From Octopus vulgaris (taxonomy: Eukaryota): DNA of 64,000 nucleotides. The stretch's first letter is position 1; each line of letters starts with the position of its first letter. Below are positions 39,419 through 50,730 of the stretch, one piece after another. The translations under genes and the position numbers were made by a program. A model generated the notes under the pieces. That model did no database searches. It had not been told where the DNA came from and saw nothing but the letters and a program-made list of their open reading frames with translations. The stretch is taken from the NCBI GenBank assembly GCA_951406725.2, contig OX597815.1, positions 144,956,001-145,020,000 of the forward strand. The letters are read 5' to 3'.

Positions 39419-39780
39419 CTGTAAATGTAATATGTGACAATTATTTGGTAGCCATGATAAAACTCTGAGTTTCGGATGTCGGGGTGGAAATCCACGCCTC
39501 CATCTCTTCAGTTATCCGACCATCGGAAAAAATGCTATGAAAATGACTGTTAAACAAAAGGAAATTACTGTGTGATTGACCGTTAAGACAAAAGAACTAT
39601 TTGAATGACCACTAAGTAATGGGAAGGAGTAAAAGTAAGGGGGTAAAAATGTTCATAGTATTCATGTAAGCCCCACCTCAATATGCCTGCACACTCACGT
39701 CACATATTACATTTACAGATAAATTCCTCTATTTACATAATATCGAGGTCTCTTTCATTCTTTTGTTGTCTTACCATTTT
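39417..39780. mobile_element. Hammerhead-bearing short element (family B) with inverted 22-bp repeats; another end at 49241-49303
   Basis: atctgtaaatgtaatatgtgac (39417-39438) versus gtcacatattacatttacagat (39699-39720); sits in (TA)n. Confidence 0.7.
39456..39516 (-). ncRNA. Type-I hammerhead ribozyme motif (family B)
   Basis: Minus strand: GATAA CTGAAGA GATG-gaggc-gtgga-tt-tccac-cccga-CATC C GAAA CTC a GAG TT TTATC. Confidence 0.75.
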
Positions 39781-40203
39781 TATATATATACATACACACT
39801 GAAACACACACGATGGGCTTCTTTCAGCTTCTGTCTGCTATATCCACTCACAAGGCTTTGGTTGGCCTGAGGCTATAGTAGAAGACACTTTCCCAGGGTA
39901 CTACACAGTGAGACTGAACTTGGAACCATGTTGGGAAGCAAGCTTCTCACCACACACAGCCATGCCTGCACCTTTTAAATACAGTTTAAAAAATTATAAT
40001 CTCAGCAATGTTCTGTCATTTTTTTAAGTACTGAATATTCTGACGTTATTGTCAAAGGCTTCCCAACTGTGTGGTTTCAGGTTCAATCCCACTGTGTGGC
40101 ACTTTGAGCAAGTTTCATCTAAGATAGCCCTGAGCTGATTAAAGCCTTGTGAGTGATTTTATAGATGGAAACTGATAGAAACACATCCGTATATCTATTT
40201 ATA

Positions 40204-40772
40204 CAGGGTTGGCCAAAAGTCACCTGACAATAAATCAAAACCATTTAATTCCAAGAGTTATTTATGTTTAACAACTGAATCATCATCATCTCTTGTTTTA
40301 AATTTGGGTTTTGTACCCGTTAATGGGGGTGGCCGGATCTACCTCAATGCCATAGCAACTGAGGTAGGCAGGTGAAGCCCACCCTAACCTTTGGGCTGTC
40401 TGGTGCCCATTCTCCTTCACTATCATGGGGCATTTTTGGAGCTGGATTTTCTACAGGGAGCATGCCCTTACTTATCCCCAACCTCAGTTTCTAGACATGA
40501 GTGGTCCCAAAACCAAAGGCCTCTACCATGATTTTTAAGAAATGTGGTGGAAAACTAGCTCAGGAAGGCAGGGATACTACTCCCTGAGACCCCCTTTCCG
40601 AGCCCCCGCTCCACCTCAATGAATTCAATAGAAGCATCTAAATATAAAACAATGAAAAATGTTCAAACTGAAGTCCTTCTTGAGCGACATTTTTCCATTT
40701 GAGTCAATACAGAATTACAGATAGTATTTATGGAATTTTGATTTAATATTGGGTGACTTCTAACCAATCCTG
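40204..40772. mobile_element. Tc1/mariner-type MITE with a nested insertion (~40280-40625)
   Basis: ta|cagggttggccaaaagtcacc ... ggtgacttctaaccaatcctg|ta. Confidence 0.65.
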
Positions 40773-41122
40773 TATGTATGTGAGTTTGCATGCATGTGTG
40801 TGTGTGTGCGCACGCGCGCGTTCATGTTAGTGTGTACCCTTGTCTTGACATCACATGTTGATTGTAAATGAGCATCGCTGTCATACAGGAGGTGTTGTTT
40901 TTTTCCTGTCTTCCATGGAAAAGATGTCTGGCCATGGAGAAAATATTACTTTGCTTGGAAACGAGTAAGAGTTGATGACAAGAAGAGCATCCTTTTGTTT
41001 TGAAAATCTGCCTCAACAAATTCCTTCTGATGCACCATAGTTGTGAAGTGGACATCTTTACCGTAATACAAGCAATGCTTACTTTCATTCGTGATGTTTA
41101 TTTAATCTTTTTGTCTTTCCAG

Positions 41123-41281
41123 GTTTTGGACGGTGTTTAGTTTATCGTAAACAAAGTTGCACCTTAAAAAGATATGCTAACCAAACATTTGAAAAGGTCA
41201 TGGGGCCACTCCTGGACGCCACAACTCGCAAACCTATCTGGAGACATGAAGCCCTAGATTCTGATGGAATTGCTTCTCCTG
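41123..41281 (+). CDS. POLR3B: POLR3B exon (159 nt): (G)[52 protein letters not shown](G)
   Basis: ctttccag| ... |gtaagt; phase 1/1; LDxDG motif. Confidence 0.97.
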
Positions 41282-43064
41282 GTAAGTTGGTTTCATTTCT
41301 GACAAGTGTTTTATACCATACTTAGTAGCATATAAGACACAAATTCTTTTTTAAATCATCATCATCATCATCAATTAACGTCTGTTTTCTATGCTGGCAT
41401 GTTTTTGGCAGTTTGACTGAGGACCGGTGAGCCAGCGGCTGCACCAGGCTCCAATCTGATTAGGCAGAGTTTCTACAGCTGGATGCCCTTCCTAACCCCA
41501 ACTACTCCGAGGGTGTAGTTACATGCCACCGTCACAGGAGCCAGTCAGGTGGGCCTGGCATCAATCACGTTCAGATGGTGCTTTTTACGTGCCACTTGCA
41601 CAGGAGCCAATCAGGGAGCACTGGCATTGGCCACGATCAGTTGGTGCTATTTACTTGCCACCAGGAGCCAGTCAGGTGGATCTGACATTGACCACGTTCG
41701 GATGGTGCTTTTTATGTGCCACCAGCACGGGAGCCAGTCTGGGGGTACTGGAATTGGCCACGTTCAGTTTGTGCTTGCCCTGCCTCTAATGCAGCTCTGT
41801 TACGGAACAAAGACTCAAGAAGTCAGATGAGCACAAGTCCACTAAGCAAAACAATTGTTGTTAATAATGAAATACTGAAAAATGGGCCAAAATACCACTG
41901 TCATATAACCTCCTTCCCCAGCACACACCATATATCATCATCATCATCGTTTAACATCCGTTTTCCATGCTAGCATGGGTTGAATGGTTCAACTGGGGTC
42001 TGGGAAGCCAGGAGGCTGTGCCAGGCTCCAGTCTGATTTGTCAGTGTTTCTACAGCTGGATGCCCTTCCTAACGCTAACTACTACGTGAGTGTAATGTGT
42101 GCTTTTTACGTGCCATCGGCACAGGGGTCAGAGGAGGACAGATTGGCTCCCATGCAAGTAGCACGTAAAAAAAACACCTTTTGAGCGTGGTCGTTGCCAG
42201 AACCGCCTGACTGGCCATTGTGCTGGTGGCACGTAAAAGTACCCACCACACTCTTGGAGTGGTTGGCATTAGGAAGGGCATCCAGCTGTAGAAACTTTGT
42301 CAGATCAGATTGAGCCTGGTACAGCCTCTGACTCACCAGTCCTCAGTCAAACTGTCCAACCCATGCCAGCATGGAAAGCGGACATTACACGATGATGATG
42401 ATGATGATATATAATCTCAATTGTATGAACTAGATCCTGCTTGTGTATACAGTTTATATTGCATATACAAACATCCTGTTCGTATATGCAATATAAATTG
42501 TATATACAGTATCCTGTTTGCATATACAGTTTTAGTCGTATAAACAATATCTTTTTTGTGTATGTACTTTTTACTGTGTATACACAATATGTTCATGGAC
42601 AGAAAAAGAGTGATCAGCTAGGTTTGTTTCAGTTCCATGTTGGGATTTCATCAGTGACTGTATTCCATGGTAATACTGTTTATATATCTTCCATTACTAA
42701 AAGTTTAAGTAAATTTTATAGACCTGTGTGTGTGTGTGTGTGTGTACACACACACACACACACACACACATATAATACACTCTCGGCTGCTAGTTTGATT
42801 AAATAATTACTGGTTTAGGCCTTGAGTTGTATTATACATTCTGCATGAAATTTAGCTGATTGACCTGCTAGAAGTAGCAACCAAATTACCCTCAGATTTT
42901 ACTTGACTAACATAGAAAACGAAGGAGATATGAGCTAATGCTCCTGGATACATAGTGGTTTAAACCTTTAGCAATTAAACTGGCCATATCCAGCCCTAAA
43001 TATACTGTTTTATGTTCAGACCAACCAGATCTGACCTGTCACATACAATATCATTCTAAAAATA

Positions 43065-43775
43065 TACTGACTGGCACCCGTGCTGGTGGCATATAAAAAA
43101 GCACCAGTGCTGCTTGACTGGCATCCGTGCTGGTGGTACATAAAAAGCACCATTCAAGTGTGACCAATACCAGTGCCGCCAGATTGGCACCGTGCCAGTA
43201 ACACATAAAATAGCAGCATTTGAGTGTGGGCGATGCCAGTGCCACTTGACTGGCTTCAATGCTGGTGGCACATAAAAAAGCACCATTTGAGTGTGGCTGA
43301 TGCCACTGCAGTCAGACTGGCATCCATGCTGGTGGAAAATGAAAAGCACCATTTGAGCATGGCCGATGCAAGTGCTACCTGACTGGCACCTGTGTTGGTG
43401 GCATGTAAAAAATACCATTCAAGCATGGCTGATGTTAGTGCTGCCTGACTGGCATCTGTGCCAGTGACATGTAAAAAGCACCATTCGAATGTGGCCGATG
43501 CCAGTGCTGCCAGACTGGCACCCATGCCAGCAGGACATAAAAAGCACTGGTTGAACATGGCTGATGCCAGTTCCACCTGACTGGCACCTGCGCTGGTGGC
43601 CTGTAAAAAGGACCCACTACACTCTAGGATTGGTTAGCTTTAGGAAGGGCATCCGGCAGTAGAAACCTTGCCAAATCAGATTGGAGCTTGGTGCAGCCTC
43701 CTGGCTTGTCAGTTCTCAGTCAAACCACCTAACCCATACCAACATGGAAAGCAGATGTTAAATGACATTGATGGT
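43065..43775 (+). repeat. RTE 3' end with about 8 tandem copies of a 66-bp unit
   Basis: Unit ctgactggcacccgtgctggtggcacataaaaagcaccatttgagtgtggccgatgccagtgc; 66-nt period measured at 8043/8109/8175. Confidence 0.85.
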
Positions 43776-44516
43776 GAGGACATTTCATTCGCTAACATTA
43801 TTTATTCAGGGCCTTCAATAATATACAACTTGGCAAGGTGGTGACCTGCCAGAAACATTAGCACACTGGGTGAAATGCTTAGCAGTATTTCATTTGCCAT
43901 TATGTTCTGAGTTCAAATTCTGCCGAGGTTGACTTTGCCTTTCATCCTTTTAGGGTCGATTAAATAAGTACCAGTTTTGCACTGGGCTAGATGTAATTGA
44001 CTTAATCCCTTTGTCGTCCTCGTTTGTCCCCTCTATGTTTAGCCCCCTGTAAGCAATAAAGACATAAATATACAACTTGGCTGTTACATGCAAACAGCTG
44101 TGACCTCCTAACTTGTTCCAGGGGTTTGTGAATTGTTTTACATGCTACCATCTCTCTCACTAGTGCTTTCTTTATCTTACTCTCTAAATTGTTCTCATTT
44201 CTTTTCCATTTATTGAGTCAAGTGAAATCATAGTCATGGCCGATGCCAGTGCAGCCTTACTGGCACCCGTGCCGGTGGCAGGTAAAAAGTACCCACTACA
44301 CTCTTGGACTGATTGGCATTAGGAAGGGCATCCAGCTGTAGAAATCTTGTCAGATCAGATTGGGGCCTGGTGCAGCCTCCTGGCTTGCCAGTCCTCAGTC
44401 AAACTGTCCAACCCATGCCAGCATGGAAAGTGAGCATTAAATGATGGCTATGATGATGATGATAATTCCAAGAATTTTATTTTTACATTTTTTCCCCCTT
44501 TGATTTGTGTGTTTAG

Positions 44517-44640
44517 GGGAAATGGTTTCCAACAAACAAGTAATGGTGAATAAATATATGCCAACAGTTACTATGAATACCTTACAAACAGCCCCAGGCC
44601 AACCTCCACAACAACCAGAGTACCGAGATGTACCGATTAT
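44517..44640 (+). CDS. POLR3B: POLR3B exon (124 nt): (G)[40 protein letters not shown](M)
   Basis: gtgtttag| ... |gtaagt; phase 1 in, phase 2 out. Confidence 0.95.
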
Positions 44641-46368
44641 GTAAGTTGTTTGCTTTCACTGTTTTGTTACCGTATTTCTTTTAATATGCTCTGCCTTTGT
44701 TCCAGTTAATTTCGAAAATAATGAAGGACTTAGCAAATAAATTTATCATTAATTAAGCTGGTGTTTGAATCCTAAATTAACATGAGATTTTGATGGAAGG
44801 TTTTAAGCTGTTGCTGTTAGGAAGAGCATCAAGGTGTGCAAGCCATGCCAAAGCAGATAGTGAGCCTTGGTGCAGTTCTTTGGCTTGCCAAACTGTCCTG
44901 TCAAACCATCCATTCCATGCCAACATGGAAAACGGACAGTTAATGAAGGTGATGATGATCACTTTAACCCATTTGTTACCATATTTCTGTTGAAATGCAT
45001 TGCCTTTGTTTCAACTAATTTTGAAAATGAAAAATTTAGTAAAACAATATTTGTCATTATTAAAATGAAGTGGCTGTGTGGTAAGAGACTTGTTTCTAAA
45101 CCACATGGTTCTGGGTTCAGTCCCACTGTGTGACACTTTGGGCAAGTGTCTTCTACTATAGCCTTGGGTCAACCAAAGCCTTGTGAGTGGATTGGGCAGA
45201 CGGAAACTGAAAGAAGCCCATTGTATATATGTATATATATGTGTGTGTGTCTGTGTTTGTCCCCCCACCACCATTGCTTGATAACCGATCCTGGTGCTTT
45301 TTATGTGCCACCAGCACAGGAGCCAGTCAGGGTGCACTAGCATCAGCCACGTTCGGATGGTGCTTTTTATGTGCCACCAGCATGGGAGCCAGTTAGGGGC
45401 CACTGGCATTGACCACGTTTGGATGATGCATTTTACATGCCACCGGAAAGGGAGCCAGTCAGATGGTACTGAATCTGTTAGTGATCTGTGCCACATAAAC
45501 AGCACTGACGCCCCATAAAAAAGCACCTAGTATATTCTAAAGTGGTTGGCATTAGGAAGGGTAACCATGCCAAAACAGACAATTAAAGTCTGGTGCAGCT
45601 CTCCAGCTTCCCACCTCCTCTCAAGTCATCCAGCATGGAAAATGGGCATTAAACGATGATGATGATGATGATGATGAAGATTTAATGTTCCTTTCATTAA
45701 ATATGTTAATACTAATTTACTATTAATTTCTATCTTTCACTTGATTCCCTCATAGGACTCTGGTTATGCGGGGTCACCACTTTGAAGAATTTTTTTTAAT
45801 TGAGTAGTTTGTCTCCAGTATTTTCTAAGTCTGGTACTTATTCTATCAGTTGCTTTTGCTGAGCTGCTAAGTTACGGAGACGTAAACACATCAACACTGT
45901 TTGTCAAATTGCGCTGGAGACAACACAACCACACACACACATACAATGGGCTTCCTCTAGTTTCCGTCTACCAAACCCACTCACAAAAGTTTGGTTGGCC
46001 TGAGGCTTATAGTAGGAGATACTTGCCCAAGGTGCCACTCGGTGGGACTGAACCTGGAGCCATGTGATAGGGGGAGCTAACTTCTTACCACACAACCATG
46101 TCTGCACCTAAAAAATTTACTTAGCTATAAATTTTTCGGTAAATATGGGTGTGTGGTTAACAAGTTAGTCCTATCACCCCTACACCATGTGGTTTTTGGT
46201 TTCAGTTCCTGTGTGCACCACCTTTAGCAAAAAGTCTCCTTCTAAAGCACCTGGACAACCAAAGGCCTGTGAGTGGATTGGGTAGAAGGAAACTGTGTGT
46301 GTTTGTGTGTGTTTATATAATGCTAAGGCAAGGCATGGATATTAATACTCACTCATGCTCTCACACAA

Positions 46369-46403
<35 letters not shown>

Positions 46404-47300
46404 ACAGGCTTCTTTCAGTTTCTAGCTACCAAATCCACTCACAAGGCTATAGTATAAGACTTGCCCAAGGTACCACACAGTAGGGCTGAACCTGGAACCA
46501 TGTGGTTGGGAAGCAAACTTACCATAGAGCCATATATATCTATACACACACACACACATATATTTTATTCTTTTATTTGTTTGCATTGCTGAGCTTCATT
46601 TGATACAACGGCAGAAACACACGCACCCCCCACACACACAACATTTATATAAATAAAAAAAATGTCCCTGAATTGCTAGATTTCTTGTTTTAAGTGGAAT
46701 GTTTAATTAAAAATGTAAGTCTGTCCATGACTGGGCCTAGACAAGTGAATCCATCCATGACAGAGTAACACTAACATGTCTTTCTATTAATCTCCTTGAT
46801 GGAAGGGTTGGGAGAGGGGGACTTCAAGGTCTCCCTTAGAAATGCTTAGCTTGCATTATGGAGGGAAGAAATGTGGCAAGGAACACAAAATCTTTCTGCT
46901 GTCATCAGAATATAAGGAACCATGTACGTAGCTGTGGTTTGTTGGGTGGGGGCAGTTAGGAAGTTTGTTTTCCCGACCGCATGGTTTCAAGTTCAGTCTC
47001 TCTATGTGCCACCTTGGGCAAGAGTTTTCGAGTGTAGCTTTAGGGTGACTGAAGATTTGTGAATGGATGTGGTAGATGGAAACTGAGAGAAACCCATTTT
47101 GTGTGTATGTGTGTGTGTGAGAGAGAGAGATATGTAGTTTTCAGCTCAATCCCACTCGGCCATATCTGAGACAAATGTTTTCTGCTATACTCCCAGATCG
47201 ACAGAAGCCTTGGGAGTGAATTTGGTAGATGGAAACTGAAAGAAGCCCACTATGTCTGTCTGTCTGTCTCTATCTATCTATCTATCTAACTATCTGTCTA

Positions 47301-47352
<52 letters not shown>

Positions 47353-47761
47353 CTCTCTCCCCCCCTCTCTCTCTGTATATATATATATTCTTTTACTTGT
47401 TTCAGTCATTTGACTGCAGCCATGCTGGAGCACCGCCTTTAGTCGAGCAAATCGATCCCAGGACTTATTCTTTGTAAGCCTAGTACATATTCTATCGGCT
47501 TCTTTTAACCGGACCGCTAAGTTATGGGGATGTAAACACACCAGCATCGGTTGTCAAGCGATGTTGTGGGGAGGGGGGGAGACGAACACAGACACACAAA
47601 CATATACACACAGATATACAAAGGGCTTCTTGTAGTTTCCTTCTACCAAAATCCACTCATAAGGCTAAAGACACTTGCCCAAGGTACCATGCAGTGAGAC
47701 TGAACCCGAGACCATGTGGTTGGTAAGCAAGCTACTTACCACACAGCCACTCCTGTGCCTA

Positions 47762-48230
47762 TCTCTTATTATAAAAGGCAGATTTTATCTGCCTCCCTTT
47801 GGGAGTTATACAAATCTACAATATAGGATTTCTTCAATTACAATTTACCTAACATTTTTGAGAGTACAACGCATCGCGTCATGCCAGGTCCAGTTTTTAA
47901 AATTTAAACTCCAATTAAGCAAAATTTACAGAAAACTCACATTCTGGTGTGTGTGTCAAATGCTTTTCTTAGTCTGGTTTACACCACACGCAAACGCACA
48001 CACACAGTGGGCAACGAATAAAATGAAACTAATTCACTTACTGTAGTGAGTGATTCTTTCACTCTGCCTCCCACTTCCTCTTTCCACACATACACACGCA
48101 AATATATAAATAAAATTGTAAGCTAACGTGTCTGTGTGTGAGTGTGTGCGCGTATGTGTGTGTGTGACGGTGTGTGTGTGTGTGTGCGTGTGCGTGAGTG
48201 TGTGACAGGAAAGTTTTTTTAGATGAATAT
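47762..48230 (+). mobile_element. Probable Helitron 5' portion
   Basis: a|TCtcttattataaaag start, similar to 49304; no 3' hairpin/CTAG found. Confidence 0.4.
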
Positions 48231-48256
48231 AACACCTATATCCAAGTAGCAGAAAG

Positions 48257-48520
48257 ATAAGACAGTAAGGTGTGATTTGAGGGAGATTTGGCTGCTATTT
48301 CTACCATGTCTAGCTGCCATGTAGGGGTCTCCCTCATAGGCTCATACATACATATATACATAGATAAGACAGTAAGGTGTGATTTGGGGGAAATTTGGCT
48401 GCTATTTCTACCAGGTCTAGCTACCATGTAGAGGTCCCCCTCATTGGCTCATATATATATACATACATAAGACAGTAAGGTGTGATTTGAGGGAGATTTG
48501 GCTGCTGTTTCTACCAGGTC
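48257..48520. repeat. Three tandem ~105-bp units (ataagacagtaaggtgtgatttgagggagatttggctgctatttctacc...)
   Basis: Unit starts near 48257, 48364 and 48467. Confidence 0.8.
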
Positions 48521-48884
48521 TGTTAGGCCTTCTCATGTAAACTCAAGCTTTATCATGCCTTGAACATAAGACCAAAGCAGAGAATGTATTCTTTTATTCT
48601 TCTGCTTTTTCCAGCCATTGGTCTGTGGCCATGCTGGGGCAATGCCTTGAAGAATTGTAGTTTAATGAATCAACTCCAGTTTTATTTTTGTAAGCATTGT
48701 ACTTATTCTATCTGTTTCCTTTGTCAAACCACTAGGTGACAGGGATGTAAACAAACCAACATTCGTTGTCAAGCAGTGGTGGAGGACAATCACAAGCACA
48801 GACACGCACACACACACACACATACATGCATACACATATACACACATACATACATACATATATATATATGTGTGTATATATATA

Positions 48885-49203
48885 TTGCAGCGTGGAAGGT
48901 GTTTGTAAGCCATTTAAGAAACACACAAAAACCGTTACATTCACTTCAACATTTAAATTTAATTTGCCAAAATATTTTCGTCGCTTTGAGACCGCGACCT
49001 GTTCACTGACAAAAATATCGTGCTAACAGGTTGCGGTCTCAAAGCGACGAAAATATTTTGACAAATTAAATTTAAATGTTGAAGTGAATCTAACGGTTTT
49101 TGTGTGTTTCTTAAATGGCTTATAAACACCTTCAACGCTGCAACTGTTTTCGTTCCAGCACACGATCTCAGATCAAGTCACTTGCTATGCAAGTACATCT
49201 CTG

Positions 49204-49207
<4 letters not shown>
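48885..49207. mobile_element. Hammerhead-bearing element (family D): inverted repeat with 119-bp arms and a 21-nt spacer, in (TA)n
   Basis: Arms 48885-49003 and 49025-49143, about 5 mismatches; right arm extends to ~49207. Confidence 0.85.
48963..49013 (-). ncRNA. Type-I hammerhead motif with swapped G3-C8 core pair (family D)
   Basis: Minus strand: TTTGTCA GTGAACA G GTCGC ggtctcaaa GCGAC GAAA ATAT TT TGGCAAA. Confidence 0.7.
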
Positions 49208-49240
<33 letters not shown>

Positions 49241-49303
49241 TGGTAAAAACAGTAAGATAACAAAAGAAAGAAAGAGACCTCAATATTATGTAAATAGAGG
49301 AAA

Positions 49304-49697
49304 TCTTTATATATAAAAGTGAGGTTGTGTGTCTGTCTCCTACGATTTACATTCGTAACTACTCCCACATTTTGCGGTGCAGTTTAACCAAAACCGGGTA
49401 TCTTATAGTCGTGATTCATATCGAGACCGTCTGGGTATTAGCGCGCGTCTACGATGAGTCTACGATTTAAAAAAAATTTACCATCAATTTTTCCCATTTT
49501 TAATCCATTTTTGACATATATAAGGGAAGTAACTCTCTAAAATTTATTATTAAATCTCAGAACGTAAAAAGCTACAGTAACACCCCTTCCCCTTTGTGGT
49601 TAGCCATATTGAGATGGCTATTATACTTTACATCTCTAAAAATGCTTATATAATTATTTCCCTTACAAACCCGAGCAACGCCGGGCGATACTGCTAG
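49304..49697 (+). mobile_element. Non-autonomous Helitron, complete
   Basis: a|TCtttatatataaaag 5' end; 3' hairpin cccgagcaacgccggg, then CTAG|t; no TSD; CpG-rich. Confidence 0.85.
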
Positions 49698-50673
49698 TAT
49701 ATATATATATACAAACAAACATTTGAGCGAGGTCGTTGCCAGTGCTGCTGGACTGGCTACTGTGCAGGTGGCACGTAAAAAACATCGTTTGAGCGTGGCT
49801 GTTGCCAGTACCGCCTGACTGGCATGTAAAAGCACCCACTACACTCTTGGAGTGGTTGGTGTTAGGAAGGGCATCCAGCTGTAGAAACTCTGCCAGATCA
49901 AGATTGGAGCCTGGTGCAGCCATCTGGTTCGCCAGTCCTCAGTAAAATTGTCCAACCCATGCTAGCATGGAAAGCGGACGTTAAACGATGATGATGATAT
50001 ATAAAAAGGAATGCCAAAAATGGGACAAGAATGCAAAGCATCCAGACAGTTAGGTGATACAAAAAAAGGACAACAAAACATCCAGACAGCCGATACAAAA
50101 AAAACAAGGATGGGTCATTCAGAGTTTTTTTTCTTCAGTCGTGTTCTAGATTATCTTTGCAATTTCAGCTGGTTATACTCGAGATTGCTCCAGTCTGGGG
50201 CCAACCCCAAGGAAAAACTAGGCTAAGAGCACTAGATTCCTTGGAAAAAAGCAGCAAATGTATATGCAAACAAGGACAGAAAAAATGGAGAAATGGTACA
50301 CAAATACAAATGCAAATAAAGGACATTAACAACAGGTGTCTTTCGACTAAGGATGAATTAACTTTAGCTGGCGTGTGTAGAAGTGAAGCCTTATGGCAGG
50401 GACATACAATTCTACATATACATACATGCTACACACACACACATATACATTTATTTAATCAAGTGAAGCAAAGGGCTTAACTGAGAAGGTTTCTTTTTCT
50501 CTTTTTTCAAGTTTGCATGAAAGTTTTTGTTTGAATGGAAGTGTCTGAAAAACACATTAGTGCTAAATAAATTTCATGTTAAATAAGCCTGTTTATGTTG
50601 TTGCCTTGGAATCAGACAGGCTCGAAATAGGAAATAGAATTATAAACTCTGCAATATCATACATACACAAGCG

Positions 50674-50730
<57 letters not shown>

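Noticed and set aside
50100-50220. Possible fifth hammerhead (minus strand ggttgg...ccagct-GAAA-ttgcaa, with a separate CTGAAGA)
   Set aside because: No core precedes the stem in the correct register, and no UH plus helix I could be built; a family consensus is needed.
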